Shown here piece after piece: positions 62,052-64,000 of a stretch of DNA of 64,000 bases (positions are counted from its first letter, which is position 1; every line of letters starts with the position of its first letter). The notes under the pieces are model-generated. The model was not told the DNA's origin and made no database searches. It worked only from the letters and a program-made list of their open reading frames with translations. Source of the stretch: Mycobacterium sp. (GTDB lineage: Bacteria > Actinomycetota > Actinomycetes > Mycobacteriales > Mycobacteriaceae); assembly GCA_019236925.1 (NCBI GenBank), contig JAFAID010000253.1, forward strand, positions 28,250 through 92,249. Reading direction: 5' to 3'. A program made the translations under genes and the position numbers.

Positions 62052-63704
62052 ATGTCCGTCAGTGCAACACAATTCACCGTGCCCGCTGTCGCCGGAGCCG
62101 TCGCGGCCGCGATCGGCGACCGCGAGATGATCATCCAGGGCGAACGACGCTATACCTACGCGGAGATCGTCGAGCGATCGAACCGTCTCGCCGCGTACCT
62201 ACACTCGCGCGGGCTGGGCTGCCACGCGGAGCGGTCAGCACTTGCCGGCCACGAGGTCGGGCAGGATCTCGTCGGCCTATATGCCTACAACGGAAACGAA
62301 TTCGTGGAGGCGCTACTCGGTGCCTTCGCGGCGCGAGTCGCCCCATTCAACGTCAACTTCCGCTACGTCAAAAGTGAGTTGCAGTACCTGCTCGCGGATT
62401 CGGGTGCGACGGCGCTGATCTATCACGCTGCGTTCGCGCCGCGGGTAGCCGAAGTGTTGCCGGATCTTCCCGCGCTGAAAGTCCTCATTCAGATCGCCGA
62501 CGACTCGGGCAATGCGTTGCTCGACGGCGCAGTGGATTACGAGAGCGCCATCCAATCCGCCCCGCCGCCGGCGCCGCTGCAGCACTCGCCCGACGACCTG
62601 TATGTCCTCTACACCGGCGGCACGACAGGAATGCCGAAAGGTGTTCTGTGGCGCCAACATGACATCTTCATGACGTCGTTCGGCGGGCGAAATCTGGTGA
62701 CCGGTGAGACTGTCGGTTCCATCGACGAGATCGTCGCACGGGTGGCCGCCGGCCCGGGCACCAAACTGCTCATCCTGCCGCCGCTGATTCACGGTGCCGC
62801 CCAGTGGAGCGTTATGACGGCGATCACGACCGGGCAGACCCTGGTCTTCCCCACCGTGGTCGACCATCTCGATGCCGACGAGGTCGTCCGCACCATCGAG
62901 CGAGAGCAGGTGGTTTCGGTGACCGTCGTCGGTGATGCCATGGCCCGGCCACTGCTTGCCGCAGTCGAGAAAGGCATAGCCGACGTGTCGTCGTTGGCGG
63001 TGGTCGCCAACGGCGGTGCGCTGTTGACGCCCTACGTCAAAGAGCGCCTGATCCAGGCCTTGCCGAACACCATGGTCGTGGACGGCGTGGGATCGTCGGA
63101 AACCGGCTCGCAGATGAGTCACCTGTCGATCACCGGCGCGGTGTCGACTGGCACGTTCAACCCTGGCCCCGATACCTTTGTGGCCGCTGAAGATTTCGGC
63201 TCGCTGCTCCAACCAGGTCACGACGGCATGGGCTGGCTGGCCCAGCGCGGTTACGTACCCCTTGGCTACAAGGGTGACGCCGCCAAGACCGCCGCCACCT
63301 TCCCGGTGATTGACGGCATTAGGTACGCGATACCCGGTGACCGGGCCCGCCACCGGGCCGACGGCGTTATCGAGTTGCTCGGCCGCGATTCGGTGACGAT
63401 CAACTCCGGCGGCGAGAAGATCTTCGTCGAGGAGGTCGAAACCGCGATCGCGTCGCATCCCGCAGTGGCCGACGTCGTCGTCACCGGGCGGCCCAGCGAG
63501 CGGTGGGGCCAGGAGGTGGTGGCCATCGTCGCGCTCGCCGACGACGCCCGCGCCGATGGCGAGGAACTGATCGCACATGCCGGAAAGTCGTTGGCGCGCT
63601 ATAAACTTCCGAAGGCGATCGTCTTCCGGGCGGCCGTGGTGCGCAGCCCATCCGGCAAAGCCGACTACCGGTGGGCGCGCGAGCAAGCGGTACAGGAGGC
63701 ATAG
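62052..63704 (+). CDS. Acyl-CoA synthetase (FadD19-like)
   Basis: YTGGTTGMPKGVLWRQHD, GSSETG, INSGGEKIFVEEVE, GKADYRW. Confidence 0.94.
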   Translation: MSVSATQFTVPAVAGAVAAAIGDREMIIQGERRYTYAEIVERSNRLAAYLHSRGLGCHAERSALAGHEVGQDLVGLYAYNGNEFVEALLGAFAARVAPFNVNFRYVKSELQYLLADSGATALIYHAAFAPRVAEVLPDLPALKVLIQIADDSGNALLDGAVDYESAIQSAPPPAPLQHSPDDLYVLYTGGTTGMPKGVLWRQHDIFMTSFGGRNLVTGETVGSIDEIVARVAAGPGTKLLILPPLIHGAAQWSVMTAITTGQTLVFPTVVDHLDADEVVRTIEREQVVSVTVVGDAMARPLLAAVEKGIADVSSLAVVANGGALLTPYVKERLIQALPNTMVVDGVGSSETGSQMSHLSITGAVSTGTFNPGPDTFVAAEDFGSLLQPGHDGMGWLAQRGYVPLGYKGDAAKTAATFPVIDGIRYAIPGDRARHRADGVIELLGRDSVTINSGGEKIFVEEVETAIASHPAVADVVVTGRPSERWGQEVVAIVALADDARADGEELIAHAGKSLARYKLPKAIVFRAAVVRSPSGKADYRWAREQAVQEA

Positions 63705-63706
63705 GG

Positions 63707-64000
63707 ATGAGTGACAACGACGTGCGGGCCGCCCTCCAGCGCCACTGGGCGGCCTCCGACGCGAACGACTTCGCGACGGAGCACGAAATCTACCGAGCCG
63801 ATGCGGTTCTCGAGTATCCGCAATCGGGCGAACGCATTAGAGGCCGAGCCAACATTCAGGCATCCCGCACTGCCCAGCCGAACCTCAAACGTTTCACCGT
63901 GCGACGCATGCTCGGCGGCGGCGATCTGTGGGTCACCGAACTCGTGATGACGTACGACGGCCAGCCGTCTTACGTGGTCAGCATCATGGAATTCGAGGCC
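63707..64000 (+). CDS. SnoaL/NTF2-like protein (truncated by window edge)
   Basis: Open frame MSDNDVRAALQRHWAASD..DAVLEYPQSGERIRG.. running off the window. Confidence 0.8.
   Translation, partial: MSDNDVRAALQRHWAASDANDFATEHEIYRADAVLEYPQSGERIRGRANIQASRTAQPNLKRFTVRRMLGGGDLWVTELVMTYDGQPSYVVSIMEFEA

Noticed and set aside
1-64000. CRISPR array, tRNA or rRNA genes
   Set aside because: No regularly spaced repeats or recognisable stable-RNA sequences were seen by eye; the tnpB genes have no adjacent array

Overview
High-GC actinobacterial DNA, very likely Mycobacterium/Mycolicibacterium (MIRU element, PE-PPE and DUF732 proteins, Mce-associated proteins, F420- and mycofactocin-type oxidoreductases). 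Most of the window is one large lipid/terpenoid/steroid-like catabolic gene cluster: 3 cytochromes P450, 6 acyl-CoA dehydrogenases in three adjacent pairs, CoA ligases and transferases, crotonases, 2 Rieske oxygenases, a BVMO and several SDR/LLM enzymes. Several of its intergenic regions share a TAC-N13-GTA motif. Embedded in it are: (i) two tnpB elements with intact RuvC triads and no intact transposase. Each one's apparent right end abuts the ATG of the next host gene, and each has a PafBC-like promoter motif. The IS607-type copy carries an in-frame TnpA remnant, is flanked by an 11-bp direct repeat and is bridged by two mini-ORFs that keep the operon's translational coupling. (ii) A cobalt-type thiocyanate hydrolase operon with fused beta-alpha subunits. 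(iii) An amidohydrolase-fold pair plus Rieske ferredoxin resembling the AibH1H2/AibG monooxygenase. (iv) A ThDP E1alpha/E1beta pair with a free-standing lipoyl protein and no E2/E3. (v) A pstS / Pho84-like MFS islet. (vi) htpG followed by a ~127-nt hairpin. All calls come from motif recognition and remembered family sequences; no searches were run.
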